Shown: positions 19,500 through 30,361, numbered from the stretch's first letter. The stretch: DNA of 64,000 bases from an uncultured bacterium (GCA_963777505.1 CAVZQN010000004.1:96001-160000), one strand, 5' to 3'. Notes: generated by a model from the sequence alone, not told the origin. Program-made: numbers and translations.

Positions 19500-20519
19500 T
19501 TAGTTCCATGGCATTGCGGAGCGATAAGTCCAATAGTCATACGGACTCTCCTCAAATGAAAGGAGCGTTGCCAGGGCACGTTCATCAAGTTGGACTTCTA
19601 AAGCTTTGAGATTGGATTGAAGCTGGTCGATCGTTGTAGCGCCGCTCAAAACAATATCGGCCCAGGGTTGTGCAAGGACTGCTGCTATTGAAAGCGCATC
19701 AATCGATGTCTTCAAGCGTGCAGCTTCATTTTCCAGAATCTTTCTTTTCACTGCAAATTTCGGGTCATAGTTGCGATCAGTCAGTCTTCCATTTGCAAGT
19801 GCTTCTTTGATTACGATTCCAACTTCTTGATCATGAGCTTTCTGAAGAACGTTAGCTATTGATTGTTCCAATATGTTCCAGGTTGCTTGAATACATTTAA
19901 AAAGTGGAACACCGCTGAATTGAACCTCGAGTGCTTGACTGATTGTTTCGGCCTGATCTTTTCCGCTCACAGTGAGGCCGATTGCAATTCCTTGATGTGA
20001 CAATTTGAATAATTGCTCAAGAACTTCTTTGTTTTCGAGTACTCGAGTTTCTTGCGTTGCGGAGTGAATGTAGTAGATGTCTAGATGATTCCCAAGAATT
20101 GATTTGCTTTCCTGCGACTGAGTTAACAAACGTTCAATAGAGTGGTCTTTCACTTCATGTTTATCAACGTTGATTTCCCAGTCAGCTGTATATGTATACC
20201 CCCATTTTGATGCTACGGTAACATCTTTTGGATCGATCTTTTTGTTGCCAAGCCATGAGCCTAAAAATTTTTCCGCCTTTCCGTAAGATCGTGCTGCATC
20301 AAAATAACGGATCCCTCTTTCCCATGCAAAATCAAGAACACTGTGAGCGTGCTTTTCCATTGCTTCAGGATCATAATTTCCATGAAAATCCTGTGCGTGA
20401 CCAATATTGATATAACCAGGACGACCAAGCGCGGCCATTCCCAATCCGATTCTGGAATTTTCACCGCAGAGTCGCAAAGATTTACCACCAGCCCTGACGT
20501 TTCGCCCATCGAAATACAA
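19500..20519 (-). CDS. Aldo/keto reductase; start uncertain (likely about 20464 or 20438)
   Basis: IGLGMAALGRPGY, FDAARSYG.AE, SKWG, YYIHS, IKEALANGRLT, VLSGA. The ORF-track N-terminus overlaps corA and a repeat. Confidence 0.85.
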   Translation of the reverse strand: MYFDGRNVRAGGKSLRLCGENSRIGLGMAALGRPGYINIGHAQDFHGNYDPEAMEKHAHSVLDFAWERGIRYFDAARSYGKAEKFLGSWLGNKKIDPKDVTVASKWGYTYTADWEINVDKHEVKDHSIERLLTQSQESKSILGNHLDIYYIHSATQETRVLENKEVLEQLFKLSHQGIAIGLTVSGKDQAETISQALEVQFSGVPLFKCIQATWNILEQSIANVLQKAHDQEVGIVIKEALANGRLTDRNYDPKFAVKRKILENEAARLKTSIDALSIAAVLAQPWADIVLSGATTIDQLQSNLKALEVQLDERALATLLSFEESPYDYWTYRSAMPWN

Positions 20520-21528
20520 AAGTCATGAGCAATAAGATCACCACAAGGACCGCAATCAGATGAAGTGGCTGAGTTTCCTGATTTACGATGATGTTCATCC
20601 CGTAAATCGATGCAATTGCTGTGACAGGAAGGAGCAAAACCGTTATTAATGCTAATCGTTCCATTGCGATGTTCAGCTTTGTAATTGTGCGATTCTGGTA
20701 AAAGTCGATGACGCCCTGCAAGAATTGTTGTTCACCTTCGGTGAGGCTTCGGATGCGATCAAATTGATCCACAAGATCTATAAGAAAAGGTCTTTCTTCA
20801 ACGGACATAAGCCTTGGTGAAAGCGAAACAATTCTTGAATAACCTTCTCGGCTGTGAGCTACCACCGTTCGAACAGTTAAAAGCTCATGGCGAAGGTGAA
20901 ACATAGTTTCGAGGAGTTTTTCGGGATCACCAATATGTCCTTCAATCACATTTTGTTCCAACGTCTCTACTTTGCCGGCAAGTTCAGAAACTAGATGTTC
21001 TATCCGGCGCGCTATAGAAGAAACGATTGAATAGGACAACTCTGCAGGAAGTTTCGGCTTGAGCCGTCCGGATTTCATTCGCTGTAATGCAGTTTCAGTA
21101 CTTTTAAGCGAAGCCTCTAGTGTTACGTTTTGACTTCCCGGTTCATGAATCGTAACGATGTATTTTCTACTAAGGAATTGGTCTATTTCCAAAAGATGAA
21201 TGTGATCATCAGAGCCGAGCTCAGGAATTTGCAAGGCAATGAAAAAATAGTCCGTATAGGCATGTACTTTTGGCAAATGAGTTGGTTCACGGCAAGCCTG
21301 AATCGCAAGTGGATGAAAGCGAAATACGTCTGTCAAAAGTGAAGCAGCTTCGTTATTACATTCGCGAATGTCGATCCAAAGAAAACCATCCTCTCGATCG
21401 ATTAGTTTTTTTATTTCATCGAATTCATGCTCTTCAATTCCTAAGGAATTGATCCAATAAATCTTGATGCTGCAATCGTGAGCACCTTGGGACGTGATGG
21501 ATTCGCTAGTTTGTTTTTGGGCTTCCAT
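20482..21528 (-). CDS. corA: CorA family Mg2+/divalent cation transporter
   Basis: FLWID, FHPLAI, two C-terminal TM helices with the YGMN signature. Confidence 0.9.
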   Translation of the reverse strand: MEAQKQTSESITSQGAHDCSIKIYWINSLGIEEHEFDEIKKLIDREDGFLWIDIRECNNEAASLLTDVFRFHPLAIQACREPTHLPKVHAYTDYFFIALQIPELGSDDHIHLLEIDQFLSRKYIVTIHEPGSQNVTLEASLKSTETALQRMKSGRLKPKLPAELSYSIVSSIARRIEHLVSELAGKVETLEQNVIEGHIGDPEKLLETMFHLRHELLTVRTVVAHSREGYSRIVSLSPRLMSVEERPFLIDLVDQFDRIRSLTEGEQQFLQGVIDFYQNRTITKLNIAMERLALITVLLLPVTAIASIYGMNIIVNQETQPLHLIAVLVVILLLMTFVFRWAKRQGWW

Positions 21529-21571
21529 GTTTGGGGAAGTATTCGTCCTCCTAAGTATACTCGTTTCATTA

Positions 21572-21596
21572 GGGCGGGTCTTAGACCCGCCCCCAC
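21572..21596. repeat. GTAG-type REP hairpin, family A
   Basis: GGGCGGGTCTTAGACCCGCCCCCAC. Confidence 0.8.
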
Positions 21597-21600
21597 GGCC

Positions 21601-22416
21601 CTATTTTCCGCAACGAAAACCAGCCGCTGATGCATCACCAATGCTATTAGGAGCTCCATTCTGATCGATTGCATAAACGCCTGCACGCTCTCCGGTTCCT
21701 CCGCTGTTGGGTACAATCGCAAAGCTGCCACCTCTCAGTGTTGTGCCTGGGAGTCCGTAAACCGTTCCATTTGGCGCGCCACCCATATTACTGCTATCGC
21801 CACCAAACCCCGGAATGAAAACATCCCAGTTTGTGCCTGCCGTAGCAAGCGGACCCCAATCTCCAACAAATTCGATTACGTTTCCAACCATGTCATAGGC
21901 CTCTATGTCAGATTTGCATTTGCTGCGGGATCCAGTGAGTGCAATAGTCGGGCTTTCAAGATTGCATTCGTTTGCAGGATCAGTTTGCGGCCAAGGATCA
22001 GGAGTTCCTAATGCTGCCGCTTGCCATTCCGCATTGGTCAACATGCGCTTGCCCGAATTGCGGCACGCTGCCGCAGCAATGAAGTAGTTTATCGAGCGGG
22101 CCGGAATCACACCAGGAAGAGACAACGCAAATATGTTCTTGCATCCGGCTCCGTTAAATTGACATTGTGCATCGGTGTAGTCAACTCCGTTAATACCAAC
22201 CTGCACAGCCCCGCAATCCTCAAGGTCTATTACTTTTCCCTTTTGGATCTTTTGAATACATCGTTCGTTTGTAATTTTCCACAAACTTGCCTCGTACTGA
22301 TCAACACAGATGGATCCTGACTGCACCATGCCCGACGGGCACGCAGCCCACGCATAAGAACAGAAAAATAGAGACGCTGCCACCATGGTGGCCGATAGGA
22401 ACTTATTGATTCTCAT
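21601..22416 (-). CDS. Secreted FGE-sulfatase / C-type-lectin-fold protein
   Basis: Signal peptide, CPSGMV..CVDQYEAS, A.AAC..GKR.LTNAEW..AA, YDMVGNV.E, RGGSF, terminal GFRC. Confidence 0.8.
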   Translation of the reverse strand: MRINKFLSATMVAASLFFCSYAWAACPSGMVQSGSICVDQYEASLWKITNERCIQKIQKGKVIDLEDCGAVQVGINGVDYTDAQCQFNGAGCKNIFALSLPGVIPARSINYFIAAAACRNSGKRMLTNAEWQAAALGTPDPWPQTDPANECNLESPTIALTGSRSKCKSDIEAYDMVGNVIEFVGDWGPLATAGTNWDVFIPGFGGDSSNMGGAPNGTVYGLPGTTLRGGSFAIVPNSGGTGERAGVYAIDQNGAPNSIGDASAAGFRCGK

Positions 22417-22551
22417 ATGTTTTCTCCTCGAAATTTTTCACCTATTCAAAGAAGAGAAGAAATCATGATGATTATTTGTGCCGGGAAGAATAAAGATCCT
22501 GAACTATAATGGAACATCAAATGATTAGATTCTGCTGCAGCGCGGCCTACT

Positions 22552-23940
22552 TTGAGTCTTTTGACTCCGGAACAGATTCAGCTCGTTCATGAAGGCTCAT
22601 TAAAAGTCCTCGAACATACTGGAATGATTGTCGAATCCGAGCGCGCTCGAGCCGTTTATGCAAAGGCAAAAGACAGCATCATGATTGATGATATTCGCGT
22701 AAAGTTCAAACGCGACGTCGTTGAATGGGCAATAAAAGCTGCACCCTCTACATATGATGTCTACAACAGGCTTGGCGAAAAAGTATTTTCGCTGGGAGAG
22801 GGCAAAACAAGATTTGGCAATGGTGTAACCAATCTTTTTTACCAGGATCCTTTGACTGATGAGGTAACTCAATTTACGCGAAAAAATATGGAAATGGGAG
22901 TCCGGCTGGCGCAGTCTCTGTCCGAATATGATGTCATCTCAACTCTTGGGGTACTGCGCGATATGCCCCCTCAAGTTGCGGATTTATATGCTGTGCTTGA
23001 AATGGTTGCAAATTCTACGAAGCCGCTTGTGCTTTTGATTTCCGATGAAAAACTTTTTCCACGTGTGCTTCAATTACTTGAACATATTCATGGAGACGTT
23101 GGAACACGGCCGTTTATCATTCCATATTTGAACCCGGTGACGCCGCTCAAAATTAATGAAGGAACCTCAGATAAGCTTCTTGATTCAATTGAGCATGGAA
23201 TTGCTGCGATTTTTTCTAACTATGGAATGGCAGGGATGTCTACTCCAATCACTCCTGCCGGCGCGTTGACATTCTTAAATGCCGAACTTCTTTCTGGTGT
23301 CGTTTTGAGTCAACTCGCAAAAGAAGGAGCGCCAATTATCTGTGGAAGTTTGCCTGCCTATTTTGATATGAAAACGATGGTTGATTTTATGGAGATGCAA
23401 AGTTTTCTGATCAACCTTGGATGCGCAGAAATGATGGCGCATTATGGAATTCCACATGCAGGAACATCCGGAAGCGGAGAAGGTTGGAGCGCAGATTTAC
23501 TTGCAGCTGGCACAAATTGGACAAATCATCTTACAAGTTTGATGGGTAAATGCGGGTTGGCTCCGTTCGTAGGCAGCGGTTTGAATTCTAAAGTTTATAT
23601 GCCCACACAAACTGTGTACGCGAATGAAGTGATTGCACAAGCACGTTTTTTTGCACAAGGATTTCCAGTTGATGTTAAATCTGTTGGTGCTGATGAGATC
23701 ATCTATGAAATGCAAGAAAATGGACACTTTTTAATGTCCGAATCAACATTAGCTGTCTATCAAAATGCATATTTTCAGGGAATCTTTCCACGGATTAGTT
23801 TAGAAAAATGGGAAGAGCTTGGAAATCCACGAATGGAGCAATTGCTTCGTGATCGAACCGTAGAATTGCTGACTAATCAGGAAGGGCCGGAGGATCACGA
23901 TTCAATCATCCGCCGCGGCGAAGAATTCCTCACCTCTTAG
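22552..23940 (+). CDS. Trimethylamine methyltransferase (MttB) superfamily protein, non-pyrrolysine
   Basis: LT.EQI..VH..SL.VLE..G, NPVTPL, MAGMSTPIT.AG...NAE.L.G.VL.Q, GHFL. No in-frame TAG. Confidence 0.88.
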   Translation: MSLLTPEQIQLVHEGSLKVLEHTGMIVESERARAVYAKAKDSIMIDDIRVKFKRDVVEWAIKAAPSTYDVYNRLGEKVFSLGEGKTRFGNGVTNLFYQDPLTDEVTQFTRKNMEMGVRLAQSLSEYDVISTLGVLRDMPPQVADLYAVLEMVANSTKPLVLLISDEKLFPRVLQLLEHIHGDVGTRPFIIPYLNPVTPLKINEGTSDKLLDSIEHGIAAIFSNYGMAGMSTPITPAGALTFLNAELLSGVVLSQLAKEGAPIICGSLPAYFDMKTMVDFMEMQSFLINLGCAEMMAHYGIPHAGTSGSGEGWSADLLAAGTNWTNHLTSLMGKCGLAPFVGSGLNSKVYMPTQTVYANEVIAQARFFAQGFPVDVKSVGADEIIYEMQENGHFLMSESTLAVYQNAYFQGIFPRISLEKWEELGNPRMEQLLRDRTVELLTNQEGPEDHDSIIRRGEEFLTS

Positions 23941-23948
23941 TGTCTTTC

Positions 23949-24099
23949 TAGCCCCCGGCGCGAGCCGGGGGATAAGGATTCATCCAATGATCAAGCCCGC
24001 CGAAGGCGGGCGTAAGAGTATTCCTAATAAATAGTCTTTCGCCCGCTTGAAGCGGGCGGTCTGCTTCCGAAAACCAAACCCGGCATACGCCGGGGGCTA
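23949..24099. mobile_element. 151-bp four-hairpin REPIN/MITE-like element with 12-bp terminal inverted repeats
   Basis: TAGCCCCCGGCG (23949-23960) and CGCCGGGGGCTA (24088-24099). Internal hairpins at 23952-23971, 23995-24011, 24040-24058, 24079-24094. Confidence 0.7.
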
Positions 24100-24164
24100 T
24101 ACGTTCGGAACTCTCCAACTCGATGGTAAACTTGGCATCTACAAAAAACATGGAGGGCCGCACC

Positions 24165-27100
24165 ATGCCTACTGCAGTCCGCAAATTTTCAGCAATCCTA
24201 ATTCTATTCATCAGTGCAATTGCTTTTTCAATACAAGCAGCAGAACTGAAAGATCAGCCCGAACTGAAAGGGCTTAAGTATCGTTCAATCGGTCCTGCGT
24301 GGGGTGGACGTGTTTCGCGAGGTGCCGGAGTTCCAGGCGATCCTTCAGTCTATTATTTTGCGGCCGCATCAGCGGGCATCTGGAAATCAACAGATGGCGG
24401 GTCTACATGGAAATGTATTTCTGGTGATCAGACTGTATCTTCAATGGGTTCACTCGCAATTGCGCCATCCGATGCAAATGTAATTTACGCCGGATCAGGC
24501 GAAGCAAACATTCGCGGAAATGTTGCTGCTGGAAATGGAATTTATAAAACGAGTGATGCAGGAAAGACATGGACTCATGTTTGGAAACAAGAAGGGCAGA
24601 TTGGAACAATGGCCGTTCATCCTACCAATGCGCAGATCGCATTTGCCGCTGTTCTGGGTCATGCGTTTGGCCCTAATCCTGAACGCGGCATATATAGAAC
24701 TACTGACGGTGGAAAAACATGGCAACAAGTTTTGAAGAAAGATGAAAACACTGGCGCATCTGATGTCGCAATCGATCCAAACAACCCCAACATTATCTTC
24801 GCAGGAATGTGGCAAGCGCGGCGAACTCCATGGTCATTAACAAGCGGAGGTCCTGGCGGTGGTTTATACGTTTCTAAAGATGGTGGAAATACCTGGAAAC
24901 AACTTCAGGGAAATGGCCTGCCTGATGGAATTTATGGAAGAGTTGGCGTCGCAGTTGCTCCCTCTGACAGCCGCCGCGTTTATGCACTGATTGAAGCAGA
25001 GCAAGGCGGATTGTTCCGTTCTGATGATGGTGGTGAAAATTGGACGAAAGCCACTGCGAATCGGCTCTTGCGGCAGCGCGCATGGTATTACACAACTCTA
25101 ACTGTCCATCCAACAAATCCGAATGAGATTTGGGCACCGAATGTTCCGATGCTGAAAAGTATCGATGGCGGCGTCACCTGGGAAATTATTTCAGGATTCA
25201 GTCATGGGGATCATCATGATATGTGGATCGATCCGAAAAATCCAAAGCGATTGATTACAGCCCATGATGGCGGCGTTGATATTTCATTAAACGGTGGCGA
25301 AACGTGGTCTGCACCGTCTCTACCGTTAGGTCAGTTTTATCACGTGACGGCTGATAATCGCGTTCCATTTCACGTTGCCGGCGCTCAACAGGACATCGGA
25401 ACAGCACAAGGTCCAAGCAGAAGTCTTACGAATCGCGGTATTCGAACCGCAGAATGGTACACAGTTGGCGGAGGTGAAGCAGGACATGTCGTTTCCGATT
25501 CCTCTGATCCAAATATTGTGTATGCGGGTGAATATCTTGGCTACATTTCAGTTTACGATCATCGAACGCGTCAGTCTTACAACATCAGTGCATATCCTGA
25601 AAATGGATCAGGACATGGCGCTGAAGATTTGAAGTACAGATTTCAATGGACTGCACCGATCGCAGTTTCACCGCACAATCCAAAAGTTGTTTATCACGGC
25701 GCGAATGTTGTTTTTCGAACTGATGACAAAGGCAAAACCTGGAAAGCGATCAGTCCAGATCTAACGCGAAATGATAAATCCAAACAGGAATGGTCAGGTG
25801 GACCGATTACTGGTGACAACACAGGAGTCGAATTTTATTGCACAATTTTTGCGATCGCTGAATCGCCTGTGCAAAAAGGATTGATCTGGACCGGCAGTGA
25901 TGATGGTCTTGTACACGTCACAACAGATGACGGACAAAATTGGACCAATGTCACGAAAGCAATGCCCGGCTTTCCTGAATGGGGAACGGTCAGCATCATC
26001 GAGCCTTCCCGCTACGATGCAAATACAGCTTATGTCGTTGTCGATGCACACCGATTGGATAACACCAAACCGTATCTCTATAAAACCACCGATCTTGGAA
26101 AAAACTGGAAGCGCCTCGATTCCGATCTTCCTCAGGATATTTACCTGCATTCTGTCAGAGAGGATCCACTCAAAAAGAACATCCTATATATAGGTACAGA
26201 AAGGGGCGTCGCTTATTCAACAGATGGTGGAGAGAATTGGAAATCGTTAAAGCTCAATTTACCAACAGTGGCTGTTCATGATCTGGCTGTTAAAGATAAC
26301 AGTCTGGTTGTTGGCACGATGGGACATTCGATCTGGATCCTCGATCATTTGAATGTGTCTGCGCGAAATGGATTCTGCAATTGCTTCATCGGAGTCGCAC
26401 CTTTTTACATCTGGGGATGCAATTCGCTGGCAATACGACAGCGTGCGCAGCGATAAATGGACTGGTGATAATCCTTCGGGACGCACACTGATCTACTACT
26501 GGCTTAAAGAACCTTCAAAAGGTGATGTCACTATCGAAATTTTTGATTCACAAAATCGTTTAATCAAAAGCTTCAGCAGCAAACCAAAGCCCGTAGTTGG
26601 ATCTTCAGATGAATTAAAAGAAGAAGAAGAAGCTGCAAAGAACGCAGCGATTTCAAAAGAAAAAGGGATTCAAATAGTTTCATGGGATTTGAACTATGAA
26701 GGAGCCGATTTAATTGAGAACGCAAAAATCGATTGGGGCGATCCGACCGAAGGACCAATTGCTCCTCCAGGTTCCTATACAGTCAAGTTAAACGTTGATG
26801 GAAAATCGTTGACGGCTCCATTAAAGGTCGTGGCTGATCCGCGGGTTTCAATGTCACCTGAAGAATACCAAGCTCAGACCGCATTTGCACTTGAGGTGCG
26901 GGATGCAATGGGACGTGTCACAAAAATTGTTCGTAGCGTTCGTTCAGTGCGAAGTCAGTTGCAGAACCGTAATGAACTGTTGAAATCGAATTCAAATGCA
27001 GCGCAGTTAAGTAAAGATTCTGAAAGTTTAGTTGGAAAATTAAATGCCTTTGAAGAGAAGATTCACAATCCGAAAGCAGAAGTTGTCTATGACATTTTAG

Positions 27101-27324
27101 CAATGAAAGGCGGCGCTAAATTGTATTCAAGACTTTCGCCGCTTTATTCATTTGTTGTTGAAGGCGACACGGCGCCTGTTCAGGGTGTGCGTGAAGTTTT
27201 TGCTGCCCAGAAAAAAGAGCTTGAAAGCTTTGAAGCGGAATGGAAACAATTGAGTGAGAGTTCATTAAAGCCTTTGAACGACGAGGCGCGCCGGTTAGAT
27301 GTGCCGATCATCGTCGCGCCATAG
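24165..27324 (+). CDS. Secreted VPS10/BNR (Asp-box) repeat glycosyl-hydrolase-like protein; one apparent +1 frameshift near 26358
   Basis: RSIGPA..GGRV and many S/TxDGGxTW repeats. ORFs 24123-26456 and 26353-27324 join as ..WILDHLNV/LREMD.. on removing one T. SD GGAGGG precedes ATG 24165. Confidence 0.87.
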
Positions 27325-27335
27325 TAATACGAATT

Positions 27336-27411
27336 TTAACCGACGGGTCACGGAGAACACCGAATATTCTTAAGGCAAGATGCCTGCGTGCCCTGCGGAC
27401 TCTGTGGTTAA
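27336..27411. repeat. Family B repeat, degenerate inverted doublet
   Basis: TTAACCGACGGGTCACGGAGAACAC...CGTGCCCTGCGGACTCTGTGGTTAA between convergent genes. Confidence 0.65.
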
Positions 27412-27414
27412 TCT

Positions 27415-30000
27415 TTATTCCGCACGCATTGCGGATGCAGGATTCACATGAATTGCACGAAGTGCAGGTAACAAGATGCCTGCAAAAGCCATTAAAATTG
27501 TTAGGCCGATTGAAGCGAGAAATGTCACAAGATCGCCTGGCTTAATTCCCACAAGCAGTCCTTCCATAATGCGGGCAGCAATGTAACCAAGCCCTGCTCC
27601 CGCAATAACACCAACTGCAACAAGCCAGACACCTTCACGTAAAACCATGCCGAGAATTTGTGTCGGACGCGCTCCTACGGCCATTCTTACCGCGATCTCC
27701 TGACTTCGTTGTGCGACTGAAAATGAAAGCAAACCATGAATTCCAACCGCTGCCAGAAGAAATGCAGCCGCTGCAAAAGCACCCAGAGCATACACTTGAG
27801 TCTGACGTGAAGAAGTATCTGAACTTACAATGTCTTCCAAAGTCCGGATGTCAGAGATTGGCTGTTCTGAATCAACTCTTTGAATGATCTGACGCACAGA
27901 AGCTACAAGAGCTAGCGGATCCTGGGAAGTTTTGATGACAAGATCTTTTGGAATATATCCGATGATGGAGTCATCCGGAACTTGCTGATAGGAAAGATAC
28001 GCTTGCGGTTCACTTTGTCTTTCGTGACCGCGCGTTTTGATGTCGCCAACGACTCCAACAATTGTTCGTTCCTCGAATACAAACTTAAATCTCTTCCCTA
28101 ATGGATCCTGGTTCGGCCAATACTTTTCTACAAACGATTTGCTTACAACGGCAACTGGAAGTGAATCGCGCGTATCCGATTCACGAATGTCGCGGCCCGA
28201 TTGAAAAGGGATCTGAAGAGTCTGAAAGAATCCTGGTGTTACATAACGCATACTTGCATTGTCCGGGTCCTCAGGATCCTTTGGATGTTCTGGAACAACT
28301 ACGGGCCAAATGCCGCCCCCCATGACCATGGGTAGGAAACTGATATAGGCCGCCTGCTTTACACCGGGCAATTCGCGGACTTCTGATAAAACTCGGGAAT
28401 AGTATTGCACTCGCGTTGCGGTATTTTTGTATTTAGGGAGTGGCAATGCCGTACTCAGCGTTAAAACATTTTGTGCCTCAAATCCTGGATCGACTTGTTG
28501 TACCCGCCAGAGCGCGCGAATCATTAACCCGGCTCCAACGAGCAATACTACAGAAATAGTAACCTCTGCAATGACAAGAACGGAACGGAGCCGTTCTCGG
28601 TGACCACCGACTCCACTGCGCGACCCTTCGCGCAATGCGCTAGCATGATCATCTTCGCGCGCACGTAAAGAAGGAACAATGCCGAAAGTAATTGCTGTGA
28701 TCACCGTTAGAATCAATGCGAAGATCATTACACGTAAATCGATAGTAGGCTCACCGATCGGTAACGTTTGTGGAACGAGTTTGGTGAGAAGAGGAAGTAC
28801 GATATTTGCAGCGAGTACACCAAGAATGCCTCCGATTATCGAAAGGGCCATACTTTCGGTGAGCATCTGCCGGACGATTCTTTCTTTACCTGCGCCTAAC
28901 GAAGATCTTACGGCAATTTCTTTTTGACGAATCAGCCCACGTGCCAACAACAAATTTGCAAGATTTGAACATGCAATCAAAAGAACACAAATAGCGGCGC
29001 CGAACAAAACTTTGATCAGCAATCGCGACCGGTTAGAGAGTTGATCTCGCAAACGATTGACTGTAACGCCTGTCCGCTCGTTTTCTTTCGGATATTCCTT
29101 TTCAAGCCGGGCAGCGATGACACTCATTTCCTCCCGTGCTTTTTCTAACGAAACATCTGGTTTCAATCTGGCGATTACATGCCAGAAATGATTGTTACGA
29201 TCTTCTAAGTCGTCTGACGAAAGCCTCATCGTTGTCCAGATTGCTGCTGTCGTATTTGGAAAATGGAAATCTTTTGGCATGACTCCAACAATGACGTAAG
29301 GTTCGTTGTTTAATCGAACCGTCATACCAATTACGCGTGGATCTCCTGCGAAGTTTGATTGCCAAAGGCCATAGCTAATCAGTAACTCTGTCAATGATTC
29401 CGGTAAATCTTCTTTTGAAGAAAATAGCCGGCCTAATACAGGTTGTACACGCAACAAATGGAACAGATTGGCTGTGATTGCTAAGCCATCCAATCGCTGT
29501 GGTTGTCCGCTCCCTGTCAGATTCGCTGATAAAAAATGGTAAGCGCCAATATTTTCAAATGAAGTGCTCGCGCTTTTCCAGTCACGGTAGTTCGGTGGCG
29601 AAGGTTCCAATTGTGCATATCCTGGTGGGCTTTCCCAGAGTTGCACGAGACGATCTGATTCTGGAAATGGTAAAGCTCGAATCAACACATGATCCGTTAA
29701 TGTGAAGACCGCAGTCGTAACTCCAATTCCTAAACCGGCCAGCAAAATAGCTGTGAATGCAAATCCAGGAGAACGCCATAGCGTTCGAGCTGTATAACGT
29801 AAATCTTGTCTCAAAATGTCAAAGTGAACACGAATTGCATTTACAACTGTGTCAAAAAAAGCTTCCAGCCAGATCCACAACAATTCAAAAATGTTCGAAG
29901 CATTCCGTTTATTTTGAAGGAATACTTGTTCCATTTCGCCGGCATATTCCAGACGAAAGGATTTAGGATAAAGATGAAGCAAGATTCTATAAAGCCACAT
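27415..30000 (-). CDS. ADOP-family (acidobacterial duplicated orphan) ABC permease, MacB/FtsX duplicated
   Basis: QDLRY..R.L.RSPGF, LLIACSNLANLLLAR, EIAVR..LGA twice. No cognate ATPase gene; adjacent to padR. Confidence 0.92.
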   Translation of the reverse strand: MWLYRILLHLYPKSFRLEYAGEMEQVFLQNKRNASNIFELLWIWLEAFFDTVVNAIRVHFDILRQDLRYTARTLWRSPGFAFTAILLAGLGIGVTTAVFTLTDHVLIRALPFPESDRLVQLWESPPGYAQLEPSPPNYRDWKSASTSFENIGAYHFLSANLTGSGQPQRLDGLAITANLFHLLRVQPVLGRLFSSKEDLPESLTELLISYGLWQSNFAGDPRVIGMTVRLNNEPYVIVGVMPKDFHFPNTTAAIWTTMRLSSDDLEDRNNHFWHVIARLKPDVSLEKAREEMSVIAARLEKEYPKENERTGVTVNRLRDQLSNRSRLLIKVLFGAAICVLLIACSNLANLLLARGLIRQKEIAVRSSLGAGKERIVRQMLTESMALSIIGGILGVLAANIVLPLLTKLVPQTLPIGEPTIDLRVMIFALILTVITAITFGIVPSLRAREDDHASALREGSRSGVGGHRERLRSVLVIAEVTISVVLLVGAGLMIRALWRVQQVDPGFEAQNVLTLSTALPLPKYKNTATRVQYYSRVLSEVRELPGVKQAAYISFLPMVMGGGIWPVVVPEHPKDPEDPDNASMRYVTPGFFQTLQIPFQSGRDIRESDTRDSLPVAVVSKSFVEKYWPNQDPLGKRFKFVFEERTIVGVVGDIKTRGHERQSEPQAYLSYQQVPDDSIIGYIPKDLVIKTSQDPLALVASVRQIIQRVDSEQPISDIRTLEDIVSSDTSSRQTQVYALGAFAAAAFLLAAVGIHGLLSFSVAQRSQEIAVRMAVGARPTQILGMVLREGVWLVAVGVIAGAGLGYIAARIMEGLLVGIKPGDLVTFLASIGLTILMAFAGILLPALRAIHVNPASAMRAE

Positions 30001-30353
30001 TATGTTCTCCGGGGTACAAAGCCGCTTGCCCGCGCAAGCCGGACAAGTTCCATCAGTCGACGTGCTTCTGCGCGAGCAACTGATTTTCCAAGCGGTGTAA
30101 TGCGGTAATAACGCCGGCGTTCATCATCCGCTTCTGGTTCAGGACGCTCGCGTGGTTCACTGACTAATCCTTGTTCCAACATTCGTTGAATCGAACGATA
30201 GAGCGTTCCAGCGCTTAGCTTTAAATCGTCATTCGTGCGGTGTGCAACATCCTGAATAATTGCATAGCCATGACGGTCTTCTTCCGCAAGCGACATCAAA
30301 ATATGGAACGTGGCAGAAGGTAGGGGAATAAATGAATCAATGTCTTCTTTCAT
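30000..30353 (-). CDS. PadR family transcriptional regulator
   Basis: HILMSL...RHGYAI, GTLYRSI.RM...GLV, RRRYYRIT..G; stop codon overlaps the ADOP start. Confidence 0.92.
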   Translation of the reverse strand: MKEDIDSFIPLPSATFHILMSLAEEDRHGYAIIQDVAHRTNDDLKLSAGTLYRSIQRMLEQGLVSEPRERPEPEADDERRRYYRITPLGKSVARAEARRLMELVRLARASGFVPRRT

Positions 30354-30361
30354 GCCACCAG

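Noticed and set aside
21601-22416. Complete diversity-generating retroelement
   Set aside because: No reverse transcriptase, avd or template repeat is visible in the window.
22552-23940. Pyrrolysine recoding in the MttB-family gene
   Set aside because: The ORF is full length with no internal TAG and no pyl genes are present.
23948-24277. ORFs 23948-24211 (-) and 24047-24277 (+)
   Set aside because: They read through the palindromic element and overlap the real gene start; no protein features.
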